A stretch of DNA of 64,000 bases from Ferruginibacter sp. (GTDB lineage: Bacteria; Bacteroidota; Bacteroidia; Chitinophagales; Chitinophagaceae): positions 21,535 through 85,534 of the forward strand of contig JAHBTO010000008.1 of the NCBI GenBank assembly GCA_019638525.1, in the 5' to 3' direction. Under the pieces are notes generated by a model. The model was given only the letters and a program-made list of their open reading frames with translations, was not told the origin of the DNA and searched no databases. A program made the translations under genes and the position numbers. Positions 19,934 through 29,190 of this stretch are shown in pieces (positions within the stretch are counted from its first letter, which is position 1; every line of letters begins with the position of its first letter).

Positions 19934-20680
19934 ATGATAAAGGAGATTGTGATAAAAGCAGAAGGGCTAACAAAAAGGTTTGGCGATTTTATTGCCGTAA
20001 ATAAAATTTCTTTTAATGTAGAAAAAGGAGAAATATTCGGCTTCCTGGGCGCTAACGGTGCCGGTAAAACTACAGCCATGCGTATGTTGTGTGGTTTATC
20101 CATACCATCTTCGGGTAAAGCGGCGGTGGCCGGATTTGATGTATATAAGCAAACTGAAAATATTAAGCAAAACATTGGCTACATGAGCCAAAAATTTTCT
20201 TTGTACGAAGACCTGACCGTAAAAGAAAATATCCGTTTTTATGCAGGCATTTATGGTATGGGCAGAGCATCTGCCAAAGAAAAAATGAACAACCTGCTTG
20301 TGCAGTTGAAAATGAGTAACGAAGAAAACAACCTGGTAAAATCGCTGCCGCTTGGCTGGAAACAAAAACTGGCATTTTCTGTTGCCATATTGCATCAGCC
20401 AAAAATTGTATTCCTGGATGAACCAACCGGCGGGGTGGATCCTGTAACAAGGCGAGAATTCTGGAACCTTATTTATGATGCTGCCGAAAAAGGTATTACT
20501 GTTTTTGTAACAACCCATTATATGGATGAGGCAGAATATTGCAACCGGGTATCTATCATGGTGGATGGCGTGATTGAAGCATTAGATACACCATCAAACC
20601 TTAAAAAAAATTATAAGGCAGCATCCATGGATGAAGTGTTTTTACAATTGGCAAGAGGCGCTAAAAGATCATCGGATTAA
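19934..20680 (+). CDS. ABC transporter ATP-binding protein (second ATPase)
   Basis: Walker A GANGAGKTT and Walker B IVFLDEPTGGVD. Confidence 0.9.
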   Translation: MIKEIVIKAEGLTKRFGDFIAVNKISFNVEKGEIFGFLGANGAGKTTAMRMLCGLSIPSSGKAAVAGFDVYKQTENIKQNIGYMSQKFSLYEDLTVKENIRFYAGIYGMGRASAKEKMNNLLVQLKMSNEENNLVKSLPLGWKQKLAFSVAILHQPKIVFLDEPTGGVDPVTRREFWNLIYDAAEKGITVFVTTHYMDEAEYCNRVSIMVDGVIEALDTPSNLKKNYKAASMDEVFLQLARGAKRSSD

Positions 20681-20688
20681 TTATAAGC

Positions 20689-21795
20689 ATGAAGCAGTTT
20701 ATCATTTTTGTTAAAAAAGAATTTTATCACATTTTCCGTGACAGGAAATCGCTGCTTATCATTTTCCTGATGCCCATTGTGCAAATCATTCTTTTTGGTT
20801 TTGCCTTAACCAATGAAATAAAAAACAGCAATATTGCAGTTTTGGATAATTCAAAAGACGAAGCCACTGTAAAAATCATACAAAGATTAGATGCAAGCCG
20901 TTATTTTGAAGTAAATACTTATTTGCATTCGCAGGCTGATATTGAAAACATATTTAAATCGGGCAAAGTAAGGATGGTAGTGGTTTTCCCGCCAAACTTT
21001 TATCAATCATTATTGCATAGTAATAAAGCTCAAATTCAATTACTGGCCGATGCATCTGACCCCAATACTGCCACTACTATTACTCAATACGCTACAAATA
21101 TCATTAACGATTACCAACAGGAACTAAACGGGCAAACTAATATCCCGTACCAAATACAACCTCAATTGCGGATGTTATATAATCCGCAGTTAAAAGGCAC
21201 GTACAATTTTGTGCCGGGTGTTATGACCATGATTTTAGTTTTGATAGCCGCTATGATGACTTCGGTTGCTATTGTGAGAGAAAAAGAAATCAATACCATG
21301 GAAGTGATTTTGGTTTCGCCGCTAAAGCCATTGTTGTTTATTGTAAGCAAAGCCATTCCGTATATATTTTTATCGCTGGTTAATTTAATCACCATTTTAA
21401 TTGTAAGCGTTAGCATTTTAGATGTGCCGGTAAACGGGAATCTTTTTCTGCTGATGGCCGAGTCGTTGTTGTTTATTATTACATCGGTATCATTGGGTTT
21501 AATGATTTCGAATTTTACAAAAACACAGCAGGAGGCACAAATGTTTTCGTTGATGTCTTTATTGTTGCCCACACTGTTGCTGGGTGGTTTTATGTTTCCT
21601 ATCGAAAGTATGCCCTGGCCATTACAGGCAGTATCAAATATTGTTCCTTCAAAATGGTTTTATTTAATTGTAAAAGATGTGATGATAAAAGGGCTTGGTT
21701 TTTCGCAGGTGTGGAAAGAATCGCTGGTGCTGGTTGCCATGTCATTGGTATTACTTTTCATCAGCTTTAAAAAATTTAAAACAAGGCTTGCATGA
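20689..21795 (+). CDS. ABC-2 type transporter permease (YbhS/YbhR-like)
   Basis: 368 aa with an N-terminal TM helix, a large extracytoplasmic loop, then 5 TM helices. Its stop overlaps the start of the next permease (ATGA). Confidence 0.88.
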   Translation: MKQFIIFVKKEFYHIFRDRKSLLIIFLMPIVQIILFGFALTNEIKNSNIAVLDNSKDEATVKIIQRLDASRYFEVNTYLHSQADIENIFKSGKVRMVVVFPPNFYQSLLHSNKAQIQLLADASDPNTATTITQYATNIINDYQQELNGQTNIPYQIQPQLRMLYNPQLKGTYNFVPGVMTMILVLIAAMMTSVAIVREKEINTMEVILVSPLKPLLFIVSKAIPYIFLSLVNLITILIVSVSILDVPVNGNLFLLMAESLLFIITSVSLGLMISNFTKTQQEAQMFSLMSLLLPTLLLGGFMFPIESMPWPLQAVSNIVPSKWFYLIVKDVMIKGLGFSQVWKESLVLVAMSLVLLFISFKKFKTRLA

Positions 21796-22910
21796 AAAAA
21801 CTGCTGGTGATACTGGAAAAAGAGTTCAGGCAGGTTTTCAGAAACCCGTCTATCTACAGGATGGTACTTATTATGCCGGTGATACAGTTGCTTGTGTTTC
21901 CATTTGCAGCCAATTACGAAGTGAAGAATGTAAAGCTTTCTATTGTAGATCATGATCATTCTTCCTATTCTCAAAAATTCATCAGTAAAATTTCAGGTTC
22001 GGGATATTTTAAACTTACCAGTTACCAACCTTCTTACATGCAGGCGATGAAGTCAATAGAGTCGGGCGCTGCAGATCTTATTATAGAAATTCCTAAAGGT
22101 TTTGAAAAAGATCTTGTAAAAAATAATGCAGCTTCCATGCTGATAGCGGTAAACGCAGTAAATGGCGTGCAGGCCAACCTGGGCGGCGCTTATGCAGCAT
22201 CCATCATCAGGGATTTTAATGCAGGCATAAGAGCCAACTGGATTCAACCTCCTGCCTTTAATGCACAACCGGCCATTGAGGTTACATCATCTAATTGGTA
22301 TAACCCAACAATGGATTATAAGATTTTTATGGTGCCGGCAATTTTGGTTACACTGCTCACCATGATTGGCAGCATCATGGCTGCATTAAATATTGTGCAC
22401 GAAAAAGAAATAGGCACCATTGAACAAATCAATGTATCACCCATCAGCAAACTGCAGTTTATTTTAGGTAAACTAATTCCATTTTGGATATTGGGTTTGG
22501 TTACACTTACCCTGGGATTACTGGTATCGTGGCTGGTATATGGTATTGTTCCGGTTGGCAGCCTGGGTTTAATTTATGTGTTTGGTATGGTGTTCCTGTT
22601 TACATTGTTGGGAGTTGGCTTACTCATTTCTACATTTGCCGAAACGCAAACGCAGGCCACATTTGTAAGTTTTTTTGTTATTATGCTGTTTATGTTGCTG
22701 GGTGGTTTATATACACCAATAGAAAGTATGCCCGGTTGGGCCAAACTCATCACAAAAGTAAACCCAGTGGCTTATTTTATTGAAGTGATACGGATGATTA
22801 TTTTAAAAGGAAGTGGTTTTGCAGATGTGAAAGTTCAGTTTTTTTCGGTGCTGGCGCTAGGTGTTTTTTTTAATGCATGGGCTGTGTTTAATTATCGCAA
22901 ACGTTCATAA
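21792..22910 (+). CDS. ABC-2 type transporter permease (second subunit)
   Basis: Paralog of the preceding gene with the same topology and a 4-nt overlap, indicating translational coupling. Confidence 0.88.
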   Translation: MKKLLVILEKEFRQVFRNPSIYRMVLIMPVIQLLVFPFAANYEVKNVKLSIVDHDHSSYSQKFISKISGSGYFKLTSYQPSYMQAMKSIESGAADLIIEIPKGFEKDLVKNNAASMLIAVNAVNGVQANLGGAYAASIIRDFNAGIRANWIQPPAFNAQPAIEVTSSNWYNPTMDYKIFMVPAILVTLLTMIGSIMAALNIVHEKEIGTIEQINVSPISKLQFILGKLIPFWILGLVTLTLGLLVSWLVYGIVPVGSLGLIYVFGMVFLFTLLGVGLLISTFAETQTQATFVSFFVIMLFMLLGGLYTPIESMPGWAKLITKVNPVAYFIEVIRMIILKGSGFADVKVQFFSVLALGVFFNAWAVFNYRKRS

Positions 22911-22914
22911 GCCT

Positions 22915-23127
22915 TCAGCCATCAATATACAATTCTTCCACTTTCTTTCTTGCCCAGGCTGTTTTTCTTAAAAATTTAAGGGTTGAACTTATGCTGGGGT
23001 TTTCCCTGAAACAATTGATACGGATTCGTTTCCCCAATTCTTCCCAGCCATACATTTCTACCAAGTGTGTTACAATCATCTCAAGTGTTTTGCCATGAAG
23101 TGGATTGTTTGGTTGCTGTTGTATCAT
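22915..23127 (-). CDS. VF530/DUF2132-family small DNA-binding protein
   Basis: 70 aa. [57 protein letters not shown] matches my memory of the DUF2132 family pattern. Confidence 0.7.
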   Translation of the reverse strand: MIQQQPNNPLHGKTLEMIVTHLVEMYGWEELGKRIRINCFRENPSISSTLKFLRKTAWARKKVEELYIDG

Positions 23128-23148
23128 TTTTTTATTTTTACGATTGCC

Positions 23149-25293
23149 TCATTTTTTAAAAATGTTTGCAATGCCCTTGCTGATTTTTTGAATAGTTTCA
23201 ATGCTCTTGTTTATCGGCTCTGCAGAGATATCATCATAACCTTCGGTGATGATATAATCCTGGTCGTATTGCTGCGGATAAACCACGATATGGCTGTTAG
23301 CAGTAAAATGTTTTTCAATTTTTGTAGGCAGGTTCTCCAGCAAACCCATAAACGAAGTGGATCCTTTGCGGGCCGATATCAGGATAAAGAGGTCATCGTT
23401 TTGTATGTTTCTTGATATGATGAGGAAGTCTTCCCAACTGTCGAACATTTCAAAATGAACCGATACCGATGACTTTGATTTTTTTATAAATTTTTCAATT
23501 GCATTTTTAGTTGATGTATTGCTGTACAATATCAGTGGGATACTTAACTCCTGTGTTAACTTTATAATTTTCATCAACCATATCTGAAAGCCGTATTCCC
23601 TTTCGGCTAAAGGAGGCGCTACAAGAAAGATACGCTTGTGCAGTATGAGTGGTTTTTTAATACTGCAGATGAACAGGGTTTTATCGGTATTGTTTAAAAT
23701 GCTGTCCATCTTATCGCCAATGAGTTTATCCAAAATGCCAATCCGTTGCGGCCATCCCAGTATGATAATGTTCGACATGATTTCCCTGGATATACGGCTG
23801 ATACCGCTTGCTGCATTGTGGTCGATGGTGGTTATCACATTTACTTTTGTTTCGGATGCCGATGCCTGTTGTACAAATTCCTGCAGTTTATTTTTTGCTT
23901 TTAGTATGTTCACTTCCGCTTCTTCGTTATTTGATACCACCGATAATATAGATAAAGGATTGGCCGAGTTTTTATCTTTCATATAGATCGACAGGTCGAG
24001 CAGTTTTTCAATATTGCCGATATCAATTGTTGGTAATAATATATGTTCGTTGTTAAAGCCGTTTATTTTTTTAAGGTCGGTTTCATCTTCTGTCTCCAGC
24101 ACAATTTTTTTTCCGGCTTTTTCTGTTACAAACGATGCTACAATACAAGTAATCAGTATCAGGATGATGGTTCCGTTTAGGATGTTTTCATCCAGTATGC
24201 CGGCATTAAAGCCTACCAGTATAACGGCAAGCGTAGCGGCAGCATGCGAACTGCTAAGCCCAAAAATAAGTTGCCTTTGCGAAGATGAATACCTGAAAAT
24301 AACCTGCGTAAAAAATGCTGCCAGCCACTTTCCAAACAGCGATACAATGGTTAATGTGGCTGCCACCACCAAAGCAGTGGGGCCATTAAGTATTACATTT
24401 ACATTTACCAGCATTCCTACGCTGATTAAGAAAAATGGTATAAACAACGAATTGCCAATAAATTCAATCCTGTTCATTAACGCCGATGAATGCGGTATAA
24501 GTTTGTTTAGTGCAAGGCCGGCAACGAATGCGCCAATGATTGATTCTACACCGGCAGCTTCGGCTAAAAATGCAGCAAAGAATACAACTGCCAGCACAAA
24601 AATATAGTGCGAATGTTTTTCACTTTCAAGCTTACGGAAAAACCATTTCGCTATCCTTGGTATCACCAAAAACATAATTAAGGAAAATGCAGTTAGCGAT
24701 AAGCCAAGCCTTATCCAGAAAAAATGATTGAGGCTGCCCTGGCTATTGCCCATTATCACTGCCAGGATGATAAGCACGGCGGTATCGGTTAGTATAGTGC
24801 CGCCTACTGTAATGGCTACTGCCTGGTTTTTTGAAATACCCAACTTGCTTACTATCGGGTAGGCAACCAGCGTATGTGTGGCAAACATGCTGGCAGTTAA
24901 AAAACTTGCATTAAAATCGTACTGTAGTAAATAATAACATGCAGGAAAACCAACGCCTAATGGTAATATAAAAGTGAAGAAGCCAAAAACAAGGCTCTTA
25001 AAACGGTTTGATTTAAATTCGTTTAAATCAAGTTCAAGCCCCGCAATAAACATAATGTATAAAAGGCCGATGGTAGAAAAAAGATCGATAGCCGAATTTT
25101 TTGCAAGGATATTAAGCCCGTGTGGGCCGATGATAACACCGGATATGATTAGGCCGATGATACCGGGGATGTTAAGCTTTTTTAACAGGATGGGTGAAAG
25201 CAGTATGATGAATAGTATAAGCGAAAATATTAAAACCGGGTTTTTCAATGGGGTTTCAAATTCTTGCAGTAAATGTGAAAAATATTCTAACAT
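23149..25293 (-). CDS. cation:proton antiporter (CPA family) with C-terminal cytoplasmic (USP-like) regulatory region
   Basis: 714 aa. About 12 N-terminal TM helices are typical of Na+/H+ or K+/H+ exchangers, followed by a ~300-aa soluble C-terminal half. Confidence 0.85.
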   Translation of the reverse strand: MLEYFSHLLQEFETPLKNPVLIFSLILFIILLSPILLKKLNIPGIIGLIISGVIIGPHGLNILAKNSAIDLFSTIGLLYIMFIAGLELDLNEFKSNRFKSLVFGFFTFILPLGVGFPACYYLLQYDFNASFLTASMFATHTLVAYPIVSKLGISKNQAVAITVGGTILTDTAVLIILAVIMGNSQGSLNHFFWIRLGLSLTAFSLIMFLVIPRIAKWFFRKLESEKHSHYIFVLAVVFFAAFLAEAAGVESIIGAFVAGLALNKLIPHSSALMNRIEFIGNSLFIPFFLISVGMLVNVNVILNGPTALVVAATLTIVSLFGKWLAAFFTQVIFRYSSSQRQLIFGLSSSHAAATLAVILVGFNAGILDENILNGTIILILITCIVASFVTEKAGKKIVLETEDETDLKKINGFNNEHILLPTIDIGNIEKLLDLSIYMKDKNSANPLSILSVVSNNEEAEVNILKAKNKLQEFVQQASASETKVNVITTIDHNAASGISRISREIMSNIIILGWPQRIGILDKLIGDKMDSILNNTDKTLFICSIKKPLILHKRIFLVAPPLAEREYGFQIWLMKIIKLTQELSIPLILYSNTSTKNAIEKFIKKSKSSVSVHFEMFDSWEDFLIISRNIQNDDLFILISARKGSTSFMGLLENLPTKIEKHFTANSHIVVYPQQYDQDYIITEGYDDISAEPINKSIETIQKISKGIANIFKK

Positions 25294-25466
25294 CAGCTAA
25301 TCTTTTTTTAGTTCTTAAAAAGGGATGATTTACAGTTATCAAAACAACAATGAAAATTATTGCAGATGCTGTTTAATTGTTGAAGGCCTAATACAATTTT
25401 TTTAATGCATGCCTGTTGGGATTAGTTTTTTTAAACAATTCCCGTTTTAATTAAAGATAAAGAAAA

Positions 25467-25490
25467 ACGCCCTATTTTTATTTAGGGCGC
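25467..25490 (-). terminator. rho-independent terminator of the type-II IDH gene (usable in both directions)
   Basis: CGCCCTA (25468-25474) pairs with TAGGGCG (25483-25489). On the minus strand the stem is followed by tttttc. Confidence 0.65.
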
Positions 25491-25514
25491 TTTTATAAAA
25501 CAGTTAATTTGATT

Positions 25515-26747
25515 CTACATACCCATTTTCTTTTTCAAATTGGCATCAATAGCATCTAAAAATTCTTCGGTATATAAATAATGTTCGCCGTGGTTTACTT
25601 TATTACCATGTATGCAAACAGCCAGGTCTTTTGTCATCTTGCCGCTTTCTACCGTTTCAACGCAAACAGTTTCCAGTGCGTGGCAAAATTCAATTAATGG
25701 TTGGTTGTTATCTAATTTACCTCTAAAGGCCAGGCCCCTCGTCCATGCAAAAATTGAAGCAATAGGATTGGTAGATGTTGGCCGCCCCTGCTGATGCTCC
25801 CTGTAGTGGCGTGTTACAGTACCGTGTGCTGCTTCGGCTTCCATGGTTTTACCATCGGGTGTAACCAAAACAGAAGTCATTAAACCCAGCGATCCAAATC
25901 CCTGGGCTACTGTATCGCTCTGTACATCGCCATCATAATTTTTACAGGCCCAAACAAAATTGCCGTTCCATTTTAAGGCGCTTGCTACCATATCATCAAT
26001 CAGGCGGTGTTCGTACACAATACCTGCCTCGGTAAATTTTTGTTTAAATTCTGTTTGATAAATGTTTTCAAAAATATCTTTAAAACGACCGTCGTATTTT
26101 TTAAGAATAGTGTTTTTGGTAGATAGGTACAAAGGCCATCCTTTGCTTAAAGCCATATTAAAGCAACTGCGTGCAAAACCAATGATGCTTTCGTCGGTAT
26201 TGTACATGCTCATGGCTACACCATCGCCTTTAAAATTATACACTTCAAAAACCTGTGGCTCACCACCGCCTTCGGGTGTAAAAGTCATGGTTAATTTTCC
26301 TTTGCCTTTTATCACCGTATCAGTAGCCCGGTATTGATCGCCAAAAGCATGGCGGCCAACAATGATTGGCGCTGTCCAGTTATTTACTAACCGGGGCACA
26401 TTTTGCATAACTATGGGTTCACGAAAAACAGTGCCGTCTAAAATATTACGTATGGTGCCGTTTGGCGATTTCCACATTTGTTTAAGGTTAAATTCTTTCA
26501 CCCTTGCTTCATCAGGCGTAATGGTAGCGCACTTAATGCCTACGCCACAAGCTTTAATTGCATTGGCCGCATCAATAGTTACCTGGTCGTTGGTTGCATC
26601 CCTGTGTTCAATACCCAAATCAAAATACTGGATATTCACATCCAAGTACGGAAGTATCAGTTTGTCTTTAATAAATTTCCAGATGATACGTGTCATCTCA
26701 TCGCCATCTAATTCAACTACGGGGTTTGTTACTTTAATCTTTGCCAT
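25515..26747 (-). CDS. NADP-dependent isocitrate dehydrogenase, eukaryote-like homodimeric subfamily II
   Basis: 410 aa. [36 protein letters not shown]...[43 protein letters not shown] is the characteristic IDH1/IDH2-type sequence. Confidence 0.92.
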   Translation of the reverse strand: MAKIKVTNPVVELDGDEMTRIIWKFIKDKLILPYLDVNIQYFDLGIEHRDATNDQVTIDAANAIKACGVGIKCATITPDEARVKEFNLKQMWKSPNGTIRNILDGTVFREPIVMQNVPRLVNNWTAPIIVGRHAFGDQYRATDTVIKGKGKLTMTFTPEGGGEPQVFEVYNFKGDGVAMSMYNTDESIIGFARSCFNMALSKGWPLYLSTKNTILKKYDGRFKDIFENIYQTEFKQKFTEAGIVYEHRLIDDMVASALKWNGNFVWACKNYDGDVQSDTVAQGFGSLGLMTSVLVTPDGKTMEAEAAHGTVTRHYREHQQGRPTSTNPIASIFAWTRGLAFRGKLDNNQPLIEFCHALETVCVETVESGKMTKDLAVCIHGNKVNHGEHYLYTEEFLDAIDANLKKKMGM

Positions 26748-26769
26748 ACTTTTTTTTTATGTACAATTT

Positions 26770-26888
26770 AAAATCAAAAATCAAAAATCAAAAGTCAAAA
26801 GTCAAAAATCAACATTCATAATTCACAATTCACAATTCACCATTCATAATTCAAAATTCAACATTCATCACCCAACATTCAAAATTCA
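26770..26888. repeat. 17-unit degenerate heptanucleotide tandem array (nnAnTCA)
   Basis: aaaatca x3, aaagtca x2, aaaatca, acattca, taattca, caattca x2, ccattca, taattca, aaattca, acattca, tcaccca, acattca, aaattca. It fills the whole icd-idh spacer. The last TCA is the complement of the icd TGA stop. Confidence 0.9.
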
Positions 26889-28196
26889 AAGACTACTGCT
26901 TTTCTTCAACTGCACTTCTCCGGTTACCAGGCCCATGTTTTCGATAAGGGTATTGCCAAACTCCGAAGTTTTGAGTAGGGTGGCTCCGCTCATGAGATTA
27001 TAAAAATCTATGGTTACGGTTTTTCGCATAATGGTAGCTTGTAATGCAGATGTTATCAAATCAGCCGCTTCTTTCCAGCCAATATATTCCAACATCATGC
27101 ATCCGCTTAAAATTACCGAAGAAGGATTCATACTATCGGTACCGGCAAATTTTGGCGCTGTGCCATGGGTAGCTTCAAACACGGCATAACCTGTTTTGTA
27201 ATTGATGTTGGCGCCGGGGGCTATGCCAATACCGCCCACTTCGGCAGCAAGTGCATCCGAAATATAATCGCCATTAAGGTTAAGGGTGGCCACCACCGAA
27301 AAATCTTTTGGGGCAATCAGTATCTGCTGTAAAAAATTATCGGCAATAATATCTTTTACTAAAAGTTTTCCTTCGTGTAATGCTTTGCGTTGTATTTCGT
27401 TGGCGTGGGCTTCGCCCTGTTCTTTTTTCAGTTCATCCCATTCGTCCCAGGTAAAAGTTTTACCGGCAAATTCCTGTCGTGCCACTTCGTATCCCCATTT
27501 TTTAAAACCACCTTCGGTGTATTTCATAATATTGCCCTTATGCACCAATGTTACCGAGGGCAGGTTGTTTTTTAATGCATGTTCAATAGCCGCTCTCACA
27601 AGCCTTTTACTGCCTTCCGACGAAACAGGTTTTACCCCATAACTTGAGCTGCCCGGGAAACGAATATTTTTTACACCCATTTCCTCCACCAAAAATTTTT
27701 CAAACTTATTTGCTTCTGCCGAACCGGCCTGCCATTCAATACCTGCATAAATATCTTCGGTGTTTTCCCTAAAAATTATCATGTCCACATTTTCGGGATG
27801 AGTTACCGGCGATGGTACACCTTTAAACCATTTTACCGGCCTTACGCAGGCAAACAAATCAAGATCTTGCCGCAAAGCCACATTTAAAGAGCGTATGCCG
27901 CCTCCAATAGGTGTAGTTAACGGGCCTTTAATAGAAACAATAAATTCTTTGGCTGTTTGTAAGGTTTCGGCCGGTAGCCAATTGCCGGTAAGTTTAAATG
28001 CTTTTTCGCCTGCCAGCATTTCTCTCCATTCAATTTTACGGGTGCCGTTGTAAGCCTTTTCCACTGCAGCATCAAATACTTTTTGAGCCACCTGCCATAT
28101 TTCGGGGCCAATACCATCGCCTTCAATAAAAGGTATAATAGGATTACCAGGTACACTCAGCACACCGTTGCTACCCATAGTAATTTTTTCTGCCAT
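26886..28196 (-). CDS. icd: NADP-dependent isocitrate dehydrogenase, prokaryotic subfamily I (E. coli Icd type)
   Basis: 436 aa. Matching segments are [62 protein letters not shown], and an end of ..[10 protein letters not shown] plus 15 extra residues. Confidence 0.92.
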   Translation of the reverse strand: MAEKITMGSNGVLSVPGNPIIPFIEGDGIGPEIWQVAQKVFDAAVEKAYNGTRKIEWREMLAGEKAFKLTGNWLPAETLQTAKEFIVSIKGPLTTPIGGGIRSLNVALRQDLDLFACVRPVKWFKGVPSPVTHPENVDMIIFRENTEDIYAGIEWQAGSAEANKFEKFLVEEMGVKNIRFPGSSSYGVKPVSSEGSKRLVRAAIEHALKNNLPSVTLVHKGNIMKYTEGGFKKWGYEVARQEFAGKTFTWDEWDELKKEQGEAHANEIQRKALHEGKLLVKDIIADNFLQQILIAPKDFSVVATLNLNGDYISDALAAEVGGIGIAPGANINYKTGYAVFEATHGTAPKFAGTDSMNPSSVILSGCMMLEYIGWKEAADLITSALQATIMRKTVTIDFYNLMSGATLLKTSEFGNTLIENMGLVTGEVQLKKSSSL

Positions 28197-28240
28197 AATA
28201 TTTTTTATTTTGGAGCCGGGCTTTTTGAATCATTATTGAA

Positions 28241-28267
28241 CTTCATTGGCGTCGCACTCTTGTACAT
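28241..28267 (-). promoter_or_regulatory. conserved leader motif copy 1 (gene sense: ATGTACAAGAGTGCGACGCCAATGAAG) in the icd 5' leader
   Basis: This 25-nt core is identical at 60066-90 and differs by one base at 48194-218. All copies have the same orientation relative to the downstream gene. GCCCGG follows 19 nt later, then an A-run. Confidence 0.6.
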
Positions 28268-28296
28268 CTATATCAATACTCAGCTTAATGAAGCCG

Positions 28297-28304
28297 CAAA
28301 TTTA
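28297..28304 (-). promoter_or_regulatory. -7 promoter box TAAATTTG for icd
   Basis: It matches TAnnTTTG on the minus strand, about 100 nt upstream of the icd ATG. The conserved motif therefore falls inside the transcribed leader. Confidence 0.4.
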
Positions 28305-28357
28305 CATAAACTAAGGCGTAGTTTAAAGTGAAGAACAGGGTAAATTTGTATTTACAT

Positions 28358-28813
28358 TTAATCAAAATTAATAGAGCCATTCAGCCACCCGTCATCAATA
28401 TTTACTTCGGGATATTTCTTATAAAAATTTATGGCTGCCTCGTTCCAGTCCAGTACCTGCCACATCATACCGCTGTAATTCTTTTCTTTGCATTCCTCAA
28501 TCAACCTGTCGAACAATAATTTGCCAATACCATGCCCACGCATTTTTTCTGTAACCAGCAGGTCTTCCAGGTACAGGCGGGTGCCTTTCCAGGTGCTGTA
28601 GCGAATATACCATAGTGCAAAGCCCTGCACTTTGCCATCCAATTCGGCTACAAAGGCCCACCAAATGGGTTTTGGCCCAAAACCCTGCTCCACAAAATGA
28701 GCAAAACTTACTGTTACTGCATCGGGCTCTTTTTCATATACGGCTAATTCCTTTATCAGTTCCATCATCCTTTTGCAGTCTTCTTTTATGGCCCTCCTGA
28801 TTGTTACCGGCAT
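28358..28813 (-). CDS. GNAT-family N-acetyltransferase (diamine/spermidine acetyltransferase-like)
   Basis: 151 aa with the acetyl-CoA motif VTEKMRGHGIGKLLF. Confidence 0.85.
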   Translation of the reverse strand: MPVTIRRAIKEDCKRMMELIKELAVYEKEPDAVTVSFAHFVEQGFGPKPIWWAFVAELDGKVQGFALWYIRYSTWKGTRLYLEDLLVTEKMRGHGIGKLLFDRLIEECKEKNYSGMMWQVLDWNEAAINFYKKYPEVNIDDGWLNGSINFD

Positions 28814-28816
28814 ACT

Positions 28817-29176
28817 TTAAAATTTTATTACGTTAAAAACAATGGTAAGCTGCAAAGTTATGGCAATTGCCAGGCTGCCTATCCAACCCCAAAACCATTT
28901 TAGCGGCACCAATAATTTAGTTACGCTATAAAAATATAAAACTATCATTACTGCAACTGCCACCAATAATGAACCAATAAAAAAAGCTGCATTATCTAAT
29001 TTAAAAAATATTGCAGCAACCGGGTAGGGCAACAGTATTATTGAACCGGCCAAACAGGTTAAACCTATATTTTTTATAAAACGCCATCTTTTTCCTGCAA
29101 GAAAAAAATATGCAGCGGCTATTTGTAAACACCATTTTGCACCGGCAATACCTGTTGATAATAATTTTTGCTGCAA
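28817..29176 (-). CDS. hypothetical integral membrane protein (4 predicted TM helices)
   Basis: 119-aa hydrophobic ORF with a TTG start in the ORF track. I recognised no family. Confidence 0.55.
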   Translation of the reverse strand: MQQKLLSTGIAGAKWCLQIAAAYFFLAGKRWRFIKNIGLTCLAGSIILLPYPVAAIFFKLDNAAFFIGSLLVAVAVMIVLYFYSVTKLLVPLKWFWGWIGSLAIAITLQLTIVFNVIKF

Positions 29177-29190
29177 ACGTCCGGGGCTTG

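Noticed and set aside
23636-24607. + strand ORFs of 116 and 197 aa inside the antiporter gene (also 24974-25300)
   Set aside because: They are antisense shadows of a 714-aa confident membrane-protein CDS. Their serine/isoleucine-rich low-complexity translation is typical of antisense frames.
26770-26888. CRISPR array interpretation of the intergenic repeats (also 38024-38114, 52548-52676, 58359-58825)
   Set aside because: The units are 7 nt with no intervening unique spacers. No 25-40-nt repeat/spacer periodicity is present, and there are no cas genes in the window.
26362-27003. 213-aa + strand ORF spanning the IDH spacer
   Set aside because: It lies antisense to both IDH genes. Its middle is simply the heptamer array translated ([35 protein letters not shown]), which gives a 7-aa periodic low-complexity peptide. 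It is not a gene.
28241-28267. Sigma-54 promoter reading of the conserved motif (TTGGCGTCGCACTCTTGT on the antisense strand)
   Set aside because: The spacing from GG to the TTG element is two nt longer than the strict TGGCAC-N5-TTGC geometry, and the -24 box is TGGCGT. The element would also fire away from, not toward, the associated genes in all three copies.
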